Assembly (NCBI GenBank): GCA_000165345.1
Contig: CM000434.1
Location: 480,001-544,000, forward strand
Length of the DNA stretch: 64,000 nucleotides
Reading direction: 5' to 3'
Positions 19,428 to 29,874 of the stretch are shown in pieces. The notes under the pieces were generated by a model that did not search any database, was not told the origin of the DNA, and saw nothing but the letters and a program-made list of their open reading frames with translations. Position numbers and translations under genes: made by a program. Each line of letters opens with the position of its first letter. Within the stretch, counting starts at the first letter, position 1.

Positions 19428-22400
19428 ATGAATACTGACATACTTGAAAGTAGAAATAATAGAAGGCCAAGATATGTTTCAATTAGCTTAAATAATGATG
19501 AATTAACACATTTTTGTCCATTCTTATCTGATAATGATGAAAAAGTCCTGTTTACGTTGACATGCAATTATCTTTCTTTGGGACAATTTGAGTTAGCAAG
19601 ATCAAGCATACTTCAGCTAAGTTCATTAAACTTTAGAAAGGTGTCTGAGCTACTTTATTCCATAATTTATTATGGTCCTCCCCCAGACTGGCAGCTTTCT
19701 GTCACAATTTCTACATCAGCACATTTTATACTTGCATGCATAAGAGAATATGAATCATTTTTCAGAAATAATACTAAAATTGAAAACTACATAATTAAAA
19801 GGACTGAGTTTGATTTATTAATTGGGCAAATGATAGCGGATATCTCCGATGTTAAAATTAGTTTTGAAATAATTAAGAAATTAAGAAATTTTTATTCCGT
19901 TTTTTTAATTAATGGACTTGACGTCAAAGTTCCAGAACTGAAAATCTTGCCAAAAATTGTTGGATTACCTTCTTATCTTAGCAGGCTTCCTTCATTTTCG
20001 ACAAATTTGAACAAATTATCTGAAAATTTATTGATTGACTTGGCAAATAATCAAGGAAAGTATCTTTCGATTAAAATAATTAATGAAATGTTTGAATGTT
20101 TTAATACATCTCGGAGATATTTTATTAAAATCGCAAAAATACTAATTATGGATCATTCGAATACATTAAAATTCGAGACTAGTTTGATCAAAGACAACTC
20201 AATACTTAAAAATACATTATCTTCTATCAATGTTAGCTTAAATTGGATTGGATTGAAGAATTGCATTATTGATCTGATTTTTTTCAAGGAAAATTGTGGA
20301 ATAATATCCTTAAATTCGCTTGGAGATATGATTTCAAAAAATATTTCAATAATTAAATTAGAAGATATTTTCGAAAATCATGATTTAGAGCTTACTAATT
20401 TTACATATGAAAAAGATGTTTCATCAAAAAACAACTTTACTAAAAATAAAAAGCCAGAGGATGTTATTTCAATAGTATTTATGATATTTTGCATAATAAA
20501 TCTATTTTGTAAATATAAACTGAACAAGGAGATTTTTCTTAAGTTTTTAGCTGACCAAATTGAAATTTTAAAGTCTTGTGAAGATATTTGTAACACATGT
20601 ATATTTGACTCTAGAATAATTTCAAATGTTAAAAGTCTATTTTCAGAAAATCTTCTTAAGCAATTAAGTAATTTTCAAAGCATTCATCAATACTTAAATG
20701 ATATAAATACAGTTAAATTTTTCGAAAATGATACTTATTCTGATCATATTGGAACACTTGTTAATTCAAATTCCGACCAAAATTTATTGTTTAAAATTGT
20801 TTTGGAATTTGACAATATTTTGTTTAATATTAATTTTGGAATAAGTAATTCTTTGGGAATTTTTTCATTACCAAGATATATTGAGAATAAAAATAAAGTT
20901 ACTTTAAATCCTATTTTAACTTACGATTTTTCAATAAATTGTAAATTTGATGAAAAGCCTTTTTTTTGGTGCGAATATTTAAGGTATTTAAATTTATCTA
21001 GAAATAAGTTTGAAGAGCTGCCCATTATTTTTATAACAAATTTATTTGACAAGATTTATAAAACCAAAAGAAATATTAATTCTTTTGAGTCTGCAAATAA
21101 AATTATTCTTTGTTTCCCACATTTAAGAGCAATTTGCGTTCATCTTGGGATGAAAAACGATCCTATTTTTAATTGGGAACTACTTAAGAACATCTGGTTG
21201 CCATTTAGATTAATTAGCAAAAACGAAGAATCACTTGTTGAGAGCAAATCTTTGGAACTCGATCTAGATGAAATATCAAGAAGACATGCAATTTCCATGT
21301 TTATTTCGGAAGAACTTAATTCGAATTTTTGCAGCGAGTTTAGATATAGTTCAAACAAAAATATTAGAAAAATATTTGAAGAAATAACTCTTAAAAAATC
21401 AATTATAAATTATTATTTTGATAATTTTAACTCTTCCAAAAAGTACACAACAATAAATTGGGTTTCACTGGAAGCATTTATTTCAAACATAATTTCTCTT
21501 CCACTAACAATTGGTAGTGATATTTCGTTATTAACAAAAGAAAGAGACTGCATAAAATCATACTTAATACAAAAAGAAGTTTTCGAGACAATTGATGGAA
21601 AGGGAAGTTCAAGCTTTGGGTTAAATTTACAGAACACATCTATTGAAATTGGAAATATTCAAACTGAATACTTTCATAATGAATTAATGTATTGTTTTTT
21701 TTGCCGAATTTTTATTTATTTAAAGAAAATTAAAATAAACAATTCGATTATTCATACTAAAAACAAAAAATTATTCAACATCACACAATTGTTGTACTAC
21801 TTATTTATTTGGAGTGATAGATTATCCAGAAATTTTCAAATTGAAATGCTTCCAGTTATTGAAAAAACTTTTGAAAAAACAATTTTGATGATTGAATTGA
21901 TATTATTTTCATTTCCATTTAATATTCCAAACTTGCCACTACCAAAAAATTTGGAAATTTTTTCTTGGTGGTATCGCTTTATTTTATCAACCCCATCAAG
22001 AGTATTCAATACAGGGAAAACAATAATCCGCTCAAGTAAAAGTTCAGAATATTTTCAAAATTTGTTTAAAGTTAGATGGGTTATTCGCGGAATTTATGAA
22101 AATAATCCATGGTATTCAAATTTATTTAGTTTTGAATCATTTTGTGTTTTAAATTATTACAACAATTCGACTAGAAATAATTACTCAGAAATATTACTTT
22201 TTCCTTCTATTCTTATTCTAAAGCTATTATCTATTCAGAACTATGAAAAATCTATTGAATTAATATTGAGTTCAAAATTTCACGTAAATATAACGCTAAT
22301 AGTTCTGGACGGTTTTATTTTCCATTCACTCTTTGAGGAAGAAGTAATTAATAATTATTGCAATATTAACAAAATTTATGGAATAATTAAAAACGCGAAA

Positions 22401-24365
22401 ACTGAAAGATTAACGAAACTTGATTTATTAAATATTAACAAGATTTCTTTATTTTCGGCAATGGAGGTATTTTCTATATATATTCAAACAAAATTTATCG
22501 ATAATGAAAATGAGATAGGCTGGATATTTTATGCTTTTCCTAAACTATATCAAGCATTCGTATTGATAGATCTCTATATTTGTTTTGGAAATAAAAATTC
22601 CTCAAATTTATTTGAAGATATAGCGAAGGCTAGAGATATGATAGAACAGTACACCAGTAATTTAAATATTAAATACAAGTCAGTGGTTCAAACTACTTTA
22701 GACAGACTTTTTATATTTTATCAGTCTTCCAGCACAATTTCTTTAACAAGATATATAATGGAGATAGATACATTACCAAATCAAAGTTCTCAGATAAAAA
22801 CTCATTTAAGCAGAATTCATGATAGAAAATTAATAACTACAACGTTAACTCAGTCATTAAATTATTTATCTGGCTTTTCTTTAATTAAACCACAAGACGA
22901 AAGTTTAATTAATATTAATCAAATTTTGGAACAAAGTTTATTTTCAAATTTTAATAACTCTAGCTATCTATTTTCAGTAATTCATTATATAAAGTCTATC
23001 ATTTCAGAGTTATTTTTAAATCTGGATAAGCACAAAGCATTTCCAATTTTAGCATTGACTCCAAATGAAATAATTTCCTACTCTTTCTTTGAAAGAAAGT
23101 TAAAAGGAGGTAGTAAGAGACTTTCGAGAATAATGAACGCAGACTTGATCTCTGTTATAATTAAAGCTCTTAATTGTTTTCATTGCTCAACATCAATGTT
23201 CAGGAACAGTGAAATTAGCTCACATAGTGATATGGAATTTCTAATTAAACAGCTTGATCCATTTAAGGGAACATTTGCAATGTTGTCCCACAATATTTTA
23301 CAGTCTAAAGATGTACAATATAGCTATTTTATATGGAAATTCGCCGTCAAGAATCGAATAAACTTTAGTCTTGAAAAAAAACAAATTATTCTAATTTCAT
23401 TGGAATACCGTATCTGGAAATACGATATACATAAGCAGCTTGAATCTAAAATATTTAATGCCAATATAGATAAGTTATCTGGATTCTTTACATCTAAATC
23501 TTTGGAATACTATAATTATTTATTAAAGTGGCTATCGATAATAATTACATTTTTTTCTCTAAATTGTAATGATTTACATCTTATAATGAATAAATTTGAT
23601 AAAACTATTGGTTTAATTAATTATTTATTCCCAATTTATTCTATTAGTCGTACTAATACTGTTGACAAAATTTTGTTTCAGTTATCCAGAGAAATGTTGA
23701 GAAATCAAAATATAATCAACCTACATTTGAATAATTTTAAACGAATAATAAAATTAAATAATCCATATTATCTTTATAGGTTAATAACTAGAGCTCAGGG
23801 AATATCAGATCCATATTTTATTTTGTCAATCATTGAAGTTACTAGCAAAAGTATAAAAAATAGCTATTCTGGAATTAAAAATTCTAAATCAAATAATTTC
23901 AAAAGTAAATTTATTGAAGAAAATATCTATGTAATTTTAAATGTCCAAAGGCTATTTTGTATTTCATATATTAAACATTTTAAAAATAATAGCGATATAT
24001 GGAATGAGTGGTTCATTTTGATTAAAAAGTGGGAAACAACGAAAGGTATAATATCAATGTTGAAATACTCAATAGAAATGAAGATGTTCAGTATAGCAAA
24101 AATTATATCTCAACAATTGCTATTTAAAGTTATAAAGCATTGTGGGGATGTTCAATATACAGAAAAAGAATTGAAACATTTTTTTTCTGGGGATAACTTT
24201 TTTGAAGAAATAGGAAAAGATAATAATTTCAATAATTTTTCTTTAGTTTCAATTGTCAATTATATTATTACAAATATTAGAGATGACAAATTTTTCAGAA
24301 ATATAACTTTATTAAATTATCTAAAGCTGTTGTTTCAAAATGGATTGGTAGTTTCGAAAGTATAA
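19428..24365 (+). CDS. Giant hypothetical protein, part 1 (about 1645 aa from the first ATG); probably continuous with the next ORF
   Basis: Uninterrupted 5-kb ORF with low-complexity Asn/Ile/Lys-rich composition. ORF-track start 19317 is a TTG; first in-frame ATG is 19428. No recognisable catalytic motifs. Confidence 0.5.
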   Translation: MNTDILESRNNRRPRYVSISLNNDELTHFCPFLSDNDEKVLFTLTCNYLSLGQFELARSSILQLSSLNFRKVSELLYSIIYYGPPPDWQLSVTISTSAHFILACIREYESFFRNNTKIENYIIKRTEFDLLIGQMIADISDVKISFEIIKKLRNFYSVFLINGLDVKVPELKILPKIVGLPSYLSRLPSFSTNLNKLSENLLIDLANNQGKYLSIKIINEMFECFNTSRRYFIKIAKILIMDHSNTLKFETSLIKDNSILKNTLSSINVSLNWIGLKNCIIDLIFFKENCGIISLNSLGDMISKNISIIKLEDIFENHDLELTNFTYEKDVSSKNNFTKNKKPEDVISIVFMIFCIINLFCKYKLNKEIFLKFLADQIEILKSCEDICNTCIFDSRIISNVKSLFSENLLKQLSNFQSIHQYLNDINTVKFFENDTYSDHIGTLVNSNSDQNLLFKIVLEFDNILFNINFGISNSLGIFSLPRYIENKNKVTLNPILTYDFSINCKFDEKPFFWCEYLRYLNLSRNKFEELPIIFITNLFDKIYKTKRNINSFESANKIILCFPHLRAICVHLGMKNDPIFNWELLKNIWLPFRLISKNEESLVESKSLELDLDEISRRHAISMFISEELNSNFCSEFRYSSNKNIRKIFEEITLKKSIINYYFDNFNSSKKYTTINWVSLEAFISNIISLPLTIGSDISLLTKERDCIKSYLIQKEVFETIDGKGSSSFGLNLQNTSIEIGNIQTEYFHNELMYCFFCRIFIYLKKIKINNSIIHTKNKKLFNITQLLYYLFIWSDRLSRNFQIEMLPVIEKTFEKTILMIELILFSFPFNIPNLPLPKNLEIFSWWYRFILSTPSRVFNTGKTIIRSSKSSEYFQNLFKVRWVIRGIYENNPWYSNLFSFESFCVLNYYNNSTRNNYSEILLFPSILILKLLSIQNYEKSIELILSSKFHVNITLIVLDGFIFHSLFEEEVINNYCNINKIYGIIKNAKTERLTKLDLLNINKISLFSAMEVFSIYIQTKFIDNENEIGWIFYAFPKLYQAFVLIDLYICFGNKNSSNLFEDIAKARDMIEQYTSNLNIKYKSVVQTTLDRLFIFYQSSSTISLTRYIMEIDTLPNQSSQIKTHLSRIHDRKLITTTLTQSLNYLSGFSLIKPQDESLININQILEQSLFSNFNNSSYLFSVIHYIKSIISELFLNLDKHKAFPILALTPNEIISYSFFERKLKGGSKRLSRIMNADLISVIIKALNCFHCSTSMFRNSEISSHSDMEFLIKQLDPFKGTFAMLSHNILQSKDVQYSYFIWKFAVKNRINFSLEKKQIILISLEYRIWKYDIHKQLESKIFNANIDKLSGFFTSKSLEYYNYLLKWLSIIITFFSLNCNDLHLIMNKFDKTIGLINYLFPIYSISRTNTVDKILFQLSREMLRNQNIINLHLNNFKRIIKLNNPYYLYRLITRAQGISDPYFILSIIEVTSKSIKNSYSGIKNSKSNNFKSKFIEENIYVILNVQRLFCISYIKHFKNNSDIWNEWFILIKKWETTKGIISMLKYSIEMKMFSIAKIISQQLLFKVIKHCGDVQYTEKELKHFFSGDNFFEEIGKDNNFNNFSLVSIVNYIITNIRDDKFFRNITLLNYLKLLFQNGLVVSKV

Positions 24366-24412
24366 TTGGATTTTTAAATAGTAATATTGGTATAGATGAA
24401 AAATATATTATT

Positions 24413-27409
24413 TTGGATGCCTATATTAATTCACAGAACTCTTCATTAGATGCCAATCGTATCAATATATTAAAGACTATACTGACTTCCATAAAATTGG
24501 TAAAAGACCTTAGGATGAGTAATATTCAAGCGTCCAATTTATTTTCTCCATATTTAATTATTAGGATGGCAATTATGTCAAGGAATAGTAGATTGATTGA
24601 AATATTAAAGAGAGATATTGATATTTTTCTAAAATCCGGGGATGTTTTATTAAATTTAATTGAAGAGTCATTTGGAATTATTGACGATAAACAGATACTA
24701 AAGGAAAAGATAAAAAAATCTTATATTTTTGGGCAAGCTGACATAAATTCGTGTATAAAATTATTTCCAATGATTGAAAATAATATTAAATTATGTTTAA
24801 ATATAGAAGATATTCCATCATACAACAATGATATATATTTTTCTATCAAACTGATTTCTATTATACCTAAAAAAAAAACAATGAGTGATCTTTTATTTAG
24901 TATCTCTAACAAGATATCAAACCAGCTTTACAGAATATTTAGAAATTCTATTTCAGATAATTCATTAATCCGCACAAGGTTTGAATGTAGTAATTCGCAG
25001 CTTTGGGTTGCTGAGGAAGGTTCATTAAAAATAATTCCTAACAGCCTACATCCTTTTTCCAAATTTTCAAAAGCAAAAAGAAACTCGTATTATATCAAAA
25101 ATCGGTGTCTAAATAAATATAAGAGCGGATTAAATATAAATTTAGAAAAGAGTTATAATAATAGAAATGAAATCAACATAGAAAATATTTCAAAATCAAG
25201 AATTTTATTTAGAAATTTATTTGTTTTATTAACTTGGGCAAGCGATTATATTGGGAAAAGCGAATTTAGCAAATCAATTAAAAGCTTAACACATTTATTT
25301 GAAATTTGGCAAAGGAATCCTGCATTATCATTCTCTTTGAAAGATTTTGTGTATATAAGTGATTATGTTATTCTAGTTCTAGTTTTCTCTGACCAAATAA
25401 AGATATTAAAAGATTTGAGTGAAAATAATATTCTTGAAACAAATATGAAGCCTTTAGATAAAAATCATGAACCAAAAAATTTAATTATTTGTAACATAGT
25501 TGCAAATTCAATTACAATTTCAAGAATGAACCAGTATTATAACGGAAAAAGTGACCATTCAAATCCCACTACCCTAAATGCATCTAAATCGAGAAATGAA
25601 ATGATAATGGATATATTTTGCAATAAATGGAAGATTAATAGAGGAAAAGTGACCAATATTGAAATTTTAAAGGGCAACACAGTGAGGATTATTGAAAATC
25701 TTTTACTTCTAAAGCCTGATATCTTGAATTTAAGTATTTTAATAATAATATTAACTTACCATTCATGGGGAAAGCTTCAAATGTATATTAGTGGGCAAAT
25801 AAAACGTATGTTACACTTTCCATGCGCATCAATATTAAATTTTAAATTTTTCAATTCAATATTTGAATTATATGAACAATTATTTATCTCAAATGTTAAA
25901 ATTAGAATGAATGAAATATATACAATTTCAGATTTAGTTTCAAACTGGAAAGATTTTTCTGTTGGAATTGAAAATAATTCAGATTTTTTTGAAAATTCTA
26001 ATGATAATTTGAGTTTGTCATATACCACATTTTTTTTAGAGAGAATAACAAATTCTATTAAAAAAAACTTATTCTTAAAATATAAAAAAGCAATTAAAAT
26101 GATAAAATGCATTCAAGTAAAAAAATTGAACAATATAATAATTTATTTTAACCAAAAAAAAGTGAACAACAAAAAATTCTTTCAACTTGACTTCATTAAT
26201 CACTTATTAATACAAAGTACTCCAAATCACTATTTTTTAATAAATACTTTTGTAAAATTAAATCTATGGTGGGAATTAATGGTTTACATTCTAAGATGGA
26301 GTTTTGAGCTTGGACCTTCCAAATCGAGATCTTTATTAATAGATAAAAGACGTGAAATACGAGCAAACAGTGAAAAAACTTTTGAAGAGATATTTTTTGA
26401 CCTGGTTATAAAAAAAGCTCATTCAAAAGGCCAATTAAATTCTCTGATCAATGCAATGAATGAAGCCGTACCATTGGGAGGCCCAAGAGCCGCTATAGTT
26501 GTGAAAAAGTGCAAAAATGCAATACAAAAATACTTAGAATGTAGTGGGGCTTTGGAAATGTTATATAGATCTTTTCTATCACTTTATATTTCAATTGAGA
26601 TTCCTCACGCACTTATGGGGGCAATAGCAATCCATCTTTCACTTCTAGACCATTTAAATATTGATTCAAGGACTGGATACTTAGAATCAGCTTTGTACCA
26701 TTTCAAAAATGCAAATTTGGTATTGAAAAAAAAAGTTAAGTCAGGAGTAATTAAAAAGAACAAACATGCATCTCCAACAAACTGTATTGACTGCGAAAGA
26801 ACTGCAGAAGTCCCATTTCTTTCTCAAAATTTGAATATTGGGAAATTAAACGACGTACTTATTCCATTTATCGCTGATATTCCAATTTATAAAATTAATA
26901 TTTCTCCTTGGGGTGGTCTTTCATTGCCAATAATACAAAGAATAATCAGATTAGTCGAGCTGCAAAATTCGATTATTAAACTCTTAATAAAAGAAAATTC
27001 ATCAATGTCAATTTTAAGTCCAAATTATAAGGATAGAAGAAATGTTATAGTAGTTCTCTTTCTTATTCGTGAATATCCTCTTGCATTTAAGACTTCTAAC
27101 ATGCTTGAAATACCATTGATGGAAATTTTGGTGCATGCGACTAAAGAACTGATAGTTTCTTATCCAAACAGCAATTCTCTTTATTGTTTTCTGGATTCAA
27201 TGAAACTATGGCTGTCAGAATACGACTCGGATGCACTAATATCAAATGCAATAAATATGTGGATCTCGGAAAAAAAAATAAATCTTAATAATATCCCAGA
27301 ATTAGAAAAAAACAGTATAATGGAACTCGTTAATAGGCTGTCAAACCCTTTGAGCAGAAGCGAAGCATTTAAAATGATAAATCCTTTGGAAAGAGTTAAA
27401 TTAAGTTAA
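24413..27409 (+). CDS. Giant hypothetical protein, part 2 (about 998 aa); likely the C-terminal continuation of 19428-24365
   Basis: Same strand, begins 48 nt after the stop of the previous ORF. Its frame stays open more than 50 nt upstream of that stop and it has no ATG until 24515. This fits one gene broken by a frameshift (assembly indel or real) better than two genes. Alpha-helical C-terminal region; no confident domain call. Confidence 0.45.
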   Translation: MDAYINSQNSSLDANRINILKTILTSIKLVKDLRMSNIQASNLFSPYLIIRMAIMSRNSRLIEILKRDIDIFLKSGDVLLNLIEESFGIIDDKQILKEKIKKSYIFGQADINSCIKLFPMIENNIKLCLNIEDIPSYNNDIYFSIKLISIIPKKKTMSDLLFSISNKISNQLYRIFRNSISDNSLIRTRFECSNSQLWVAEEGSLKIIPNSLHPFSKFSKAKRNSYYIKNRCLNKYKSGLNINLEKSYNNRNEINIENISKSRILFRNLFVLLTWASDYIGKSEFSKSIKSLTHLFEIWQRNPALSFSLKDFVYISDYVILVLVFSDQIKILKDLSENNILETNMKPLDKNHEPKNLIICNIVANSITISRMNQYYNGKSDHSNPTTLNASKSRNEMIMDIFCNKWKINRGKVTNIEILKGNTVRIIENLLLLKPDILNLSILIIILTYHSWGKLQMYISGQIKRMLHFPCASILNFKFFNSIFELYEQLFISNVKIRMNEIYTISDLVSNWKDFSVGIENNSDFFENSNDNLSLSYTTFFLERITNSIKKNLFLKYKKAIKMIKCIQVKKLNNIIIYFNQKKVNNKKFFQLDFINHLLIQSTPNHYFLINTFVKLNLWWELMVYILRWSFELGPSKSRSLLIDKRREIRANSEKTFEEIFFDLVIKKAHSKGQLNSLINAMNEAVPLGGPRAAIVVKKCKNAIQKYLECSGALEMLYRSFLSLYISIEIPHALMGAIAIHLSLLDHLNIDSRTGYLESALYHFKNANLVLKKKVKSGVIKKNKHASPTNCIDCERTAEVPFLSQNLNIGKLNDVLIPFIADIPIYKINISPWGGLSLPIIQRIIRLVELQNSIIKLLIKENSSMSILSPNYKDRRNVIVVLFLIREYPLAFKTSNMLEIPLMEILVHATKELIVSYPNSNSLYCFLDSMKLWLSEYDSDALISNAINMWISEKKINLNNIPELEKNSIMELVNRLSNPLSRSEAFKMINPLERVKLS

Positions 27410-27422
27410 TATTTTTTCATAA

Positions 27423-28067
27423 TTAAAGGCAGCTAAGTAGGTATATTGCAAAACTATAAAAAATGAGTGCAAGCGGTAATTGATATATTATAAAGTCGTA
27501 TAATGCATTAAATAAATATATAAACCACTCTTTAAGATTTTTTTTTACCGATTTTATTGAAATATTTGTGCATGAAAATTCTGGATTACAAAACTTGCAT
27601 TGCTTATTACATGCGGACTTCATTCTAATCAAAGAACGCCTAAATTTACTTTTCTGCCAAGTATTATTTAGTTTTGTATTACATCGTTTATTTGATAATG
27701 ATTTATCTACGTAATTTGTGAACATTACCATATTTTTTGGAACAGTATTCAAAATATCCTCTCCGAAATACTTCTTAGGAGTAGTTAGAAGTTTATTTGA
27801 TTGTGTAAATGAGTATTCTTTATTATATCTCTTTTTAACTGGGGTTCTGTTCAAACAATCATTAACTAATAATCGATCATCGGATCCTAAATAATCCAAA
27901 TGTTCTTCATAGTTCTCACTTTTGGAATTTTGTATTTTAATAAGTAGATCTGTTTCCTCAAACAACGAGAGATTTTTTTCATTTGTTCCTTTAGAGAAGG
28001 TATTTATTAACTTTAAATCATCTCTTTCTTTTTCTTTTGGTGTTTCAGGAAGAAATAAAGTGCTCAT
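27423..28067 (-). CDS. Hypothetical protein about 214 aa with a C-terminal hydrophobic anchor (possibly tail-anchored)
   Basis: MSTLFLPETPKEKE... ending ...IIYQLPLALIFYSFAIYLLSCL. ORF-track start 28085 is TTG; first ATG is 28067. Stop lies only 13 nt from the convergent giant ORF stop. Confidence 0.35.
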   Translation of the reverse strand: MSTLFLPETPKEKERDDLKLINTFSKGTNEKNLSLFEETDLLIKIQNSKSENYEEHLDYLGSDDRLLVNDCLNRTPVKKRYNKEYSFTQSNKLLTTPKKYFGEDILNTVPKNMVMFTNYVDKSLSNKRCNTKLNNTWQKSKFRRSLIRMKSACNKQCKFCNPEFSCTNISIKSVKKNLKEWFIYLFNALYDFIIYQLPLALIFYSFAIYLLSCL

Positions 28068-28353
28068 TATGTAAAATATAAACAAAATTTACAAAAATGT
28101 GGGTCAAGTTACGGCGGGAATATCGAAACTAAATTTTTAACTCTGGAGATTGAGTATAAAAAAATTTGTTATCCCATTTTCTTCCCTTTACTGGTAAAAC
28201 AGTAATTCCTAAAAAATATTTGGCCTAAAACAATGTATCATAAACATACCTGGTCCATCACTAGATGAAAACCAATAATTATCTCTTTTTGCAATTCTCG
28301 AGCTTTTTCTGATCTCAGAATCGGTTAATAATAATTCAGCCTAATAAATTAGT

Positions 28354-29429
28354 TTAATTTCTCTGAGTCCTTCCAAAACTTACCTTTGAATATAGGGATA
28401 TTAGTGCTGTTTCTACTTTAAGAATTCTATCTCCCATATTCACGACTTTGAATCCCATTGTAATTAAGTCTGTCAATTCTTCTTTTGTCCAACCTCCTTC
28501 AGGTCCAATAGCAAGGATAATTGGTCCAGTGTGGCTTTGTAATCCTATTTCAGTAATCTTGCTGTTGCCTAAGACATCAGCAACAATTCCAATCATGCTT
28601 TCTTTGCAAAAAAAATAATTCCTAATATTGTTAATGTTTAACAAAAAGGAAGTAAAGTTTCTTACCTTAAATGCTGTAGAAAAAATGTCCAAGAAGCATA
28701 AACATAAACATCTGGGCACAATGTTTTTGATGCCTGTTCAAGCCCAAGCTGTACAATTTCATCAATAGACTCTTTTTTTAACTTGGATGAATTTAAATAC
28801 GACTTTTCGGATTTATCAGTACAAACAAAAATTATTCTTCCAACTCCAATTGTAACCGCATTTTGAAGTACTTTCTCAAACACTTTTGGTCTAGGAAGTG
28901 CAATTAATAAGTCGATTAAGGGGTAATCATGTTTATATTCCTCTTTATGAATTTCTGTATCTAACTTAATTGTAACTGCATATTGAAAATTATTTAAATT
29001 ATTGATTTCCGAAATAGATCTTCTGGATCTATTATTTACTTTATTACCTATTTCTTCAATGCTAGATAAGTTAATTATTGATTCTGATTTGGTTATTCCA
29101 TCTTTATTAGTTTCTTTTCTCATTATTTTGGTTACTGTTGCAGTTCCTTTTCCAGAGTTTTTAACTCCAACATTAACTTTTGAGCCAATATTAATTTCCA
29201 GAACTGAGATACAATGATTGGACTGTCTGGAGGATAGCTCAACAGTTAGGTCTTCATTAATATCCTTTTTATCAATAATGATTAAGTTCATTAGAATTGA
29301 TGGAAAAATGACCATTATGGCGGTATGATCTGCATTAAGACTGGATCTTCTCGCATGGTGCATAAGAAAGATACGATCACATAATAAAACTAAGCTAACA
29401 AAAGATTGGGTTTCGTATTGAAAGATCAT
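28354..29429 (-). CDS. RsmE-family RNA methyltransferase (bacterial 16S rRNA m3U1498 methyltransferase-like), 2 exons: 29429..28666 and 28621..28354, 44-nt intron
   Basis: C-terminal motif LAIGPEGGWTKEELTDLITMGFKVVNMGDRILKVETA matches the RsmE signature (E. coli-like ..IGPEGG.S..E......F..V.LG.R.LRTETA). Middle region ALPRPKVFEKVLQNAVTIGVGRIIF and EQASKTLCPDV match RsmE blocks. The two ORF-track fragments (28662-29429 and 28354-28719) are joined by a GTAAG...TATTAG intron with phase preserved (..HL-R-NYFFCKESMIG..). Confidence 0.75.
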
Positions 29430-29874
29430 TTATTTTTTATTTGAAAATGCCTTTATATTTTCAAGATGACTTATTCTCAATAACGAAAGATCAAAAAAAA
29501 TATATTAACATCAAAAGGTATACTTTAAAATCAATCATTTTTTTTTAAATAACTTTTTTAGTCTGATAAGAACAACCTTTACTTTTGTTTACAGTATTTT
29601 TATTTTTACTACTGCAGTTTTAGTCTTAAATAAATATTATTCATTTCCTGGAATTGTTGCAATTGGTAAGTTAATAATAATATATTAAGCAATTTCAACT
29701 TCGTATCCTAAGTATTTAACAGTGGAATTTTTTTTTTCTTATATATAATTATTGAGTGGTTTAATCTTCCAAAATTTTTAAATTGGAATATTTCATATTT
29801 TTTGATTAAAAGAAAACTCTATAAATCATCTACAAGAATTTTTCAAAAAAAAGTCAGCAGACCGTAAGTTTATA

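Noticed and set aside
24360-24395. Candidate short introns (GTATAA...AAATAG 22 nt; GTAGTT...TATAG 48 nt) that might join the two giant ORFs
   Set aside because: Both splice products run into an in-frame stop within a few codons; a frameshift explanation fits better.
28378-28384. GTAAGT on the minus strand near the RsmE 3' end as the donor of a third exon
   Set aside because: Possible downstream acceptors give C-termini no more RsmE-like than the read-through ending (..VSFGRTQRN*); it could be a chance GTAAGT in AT-rich sequence. Left unresolved.
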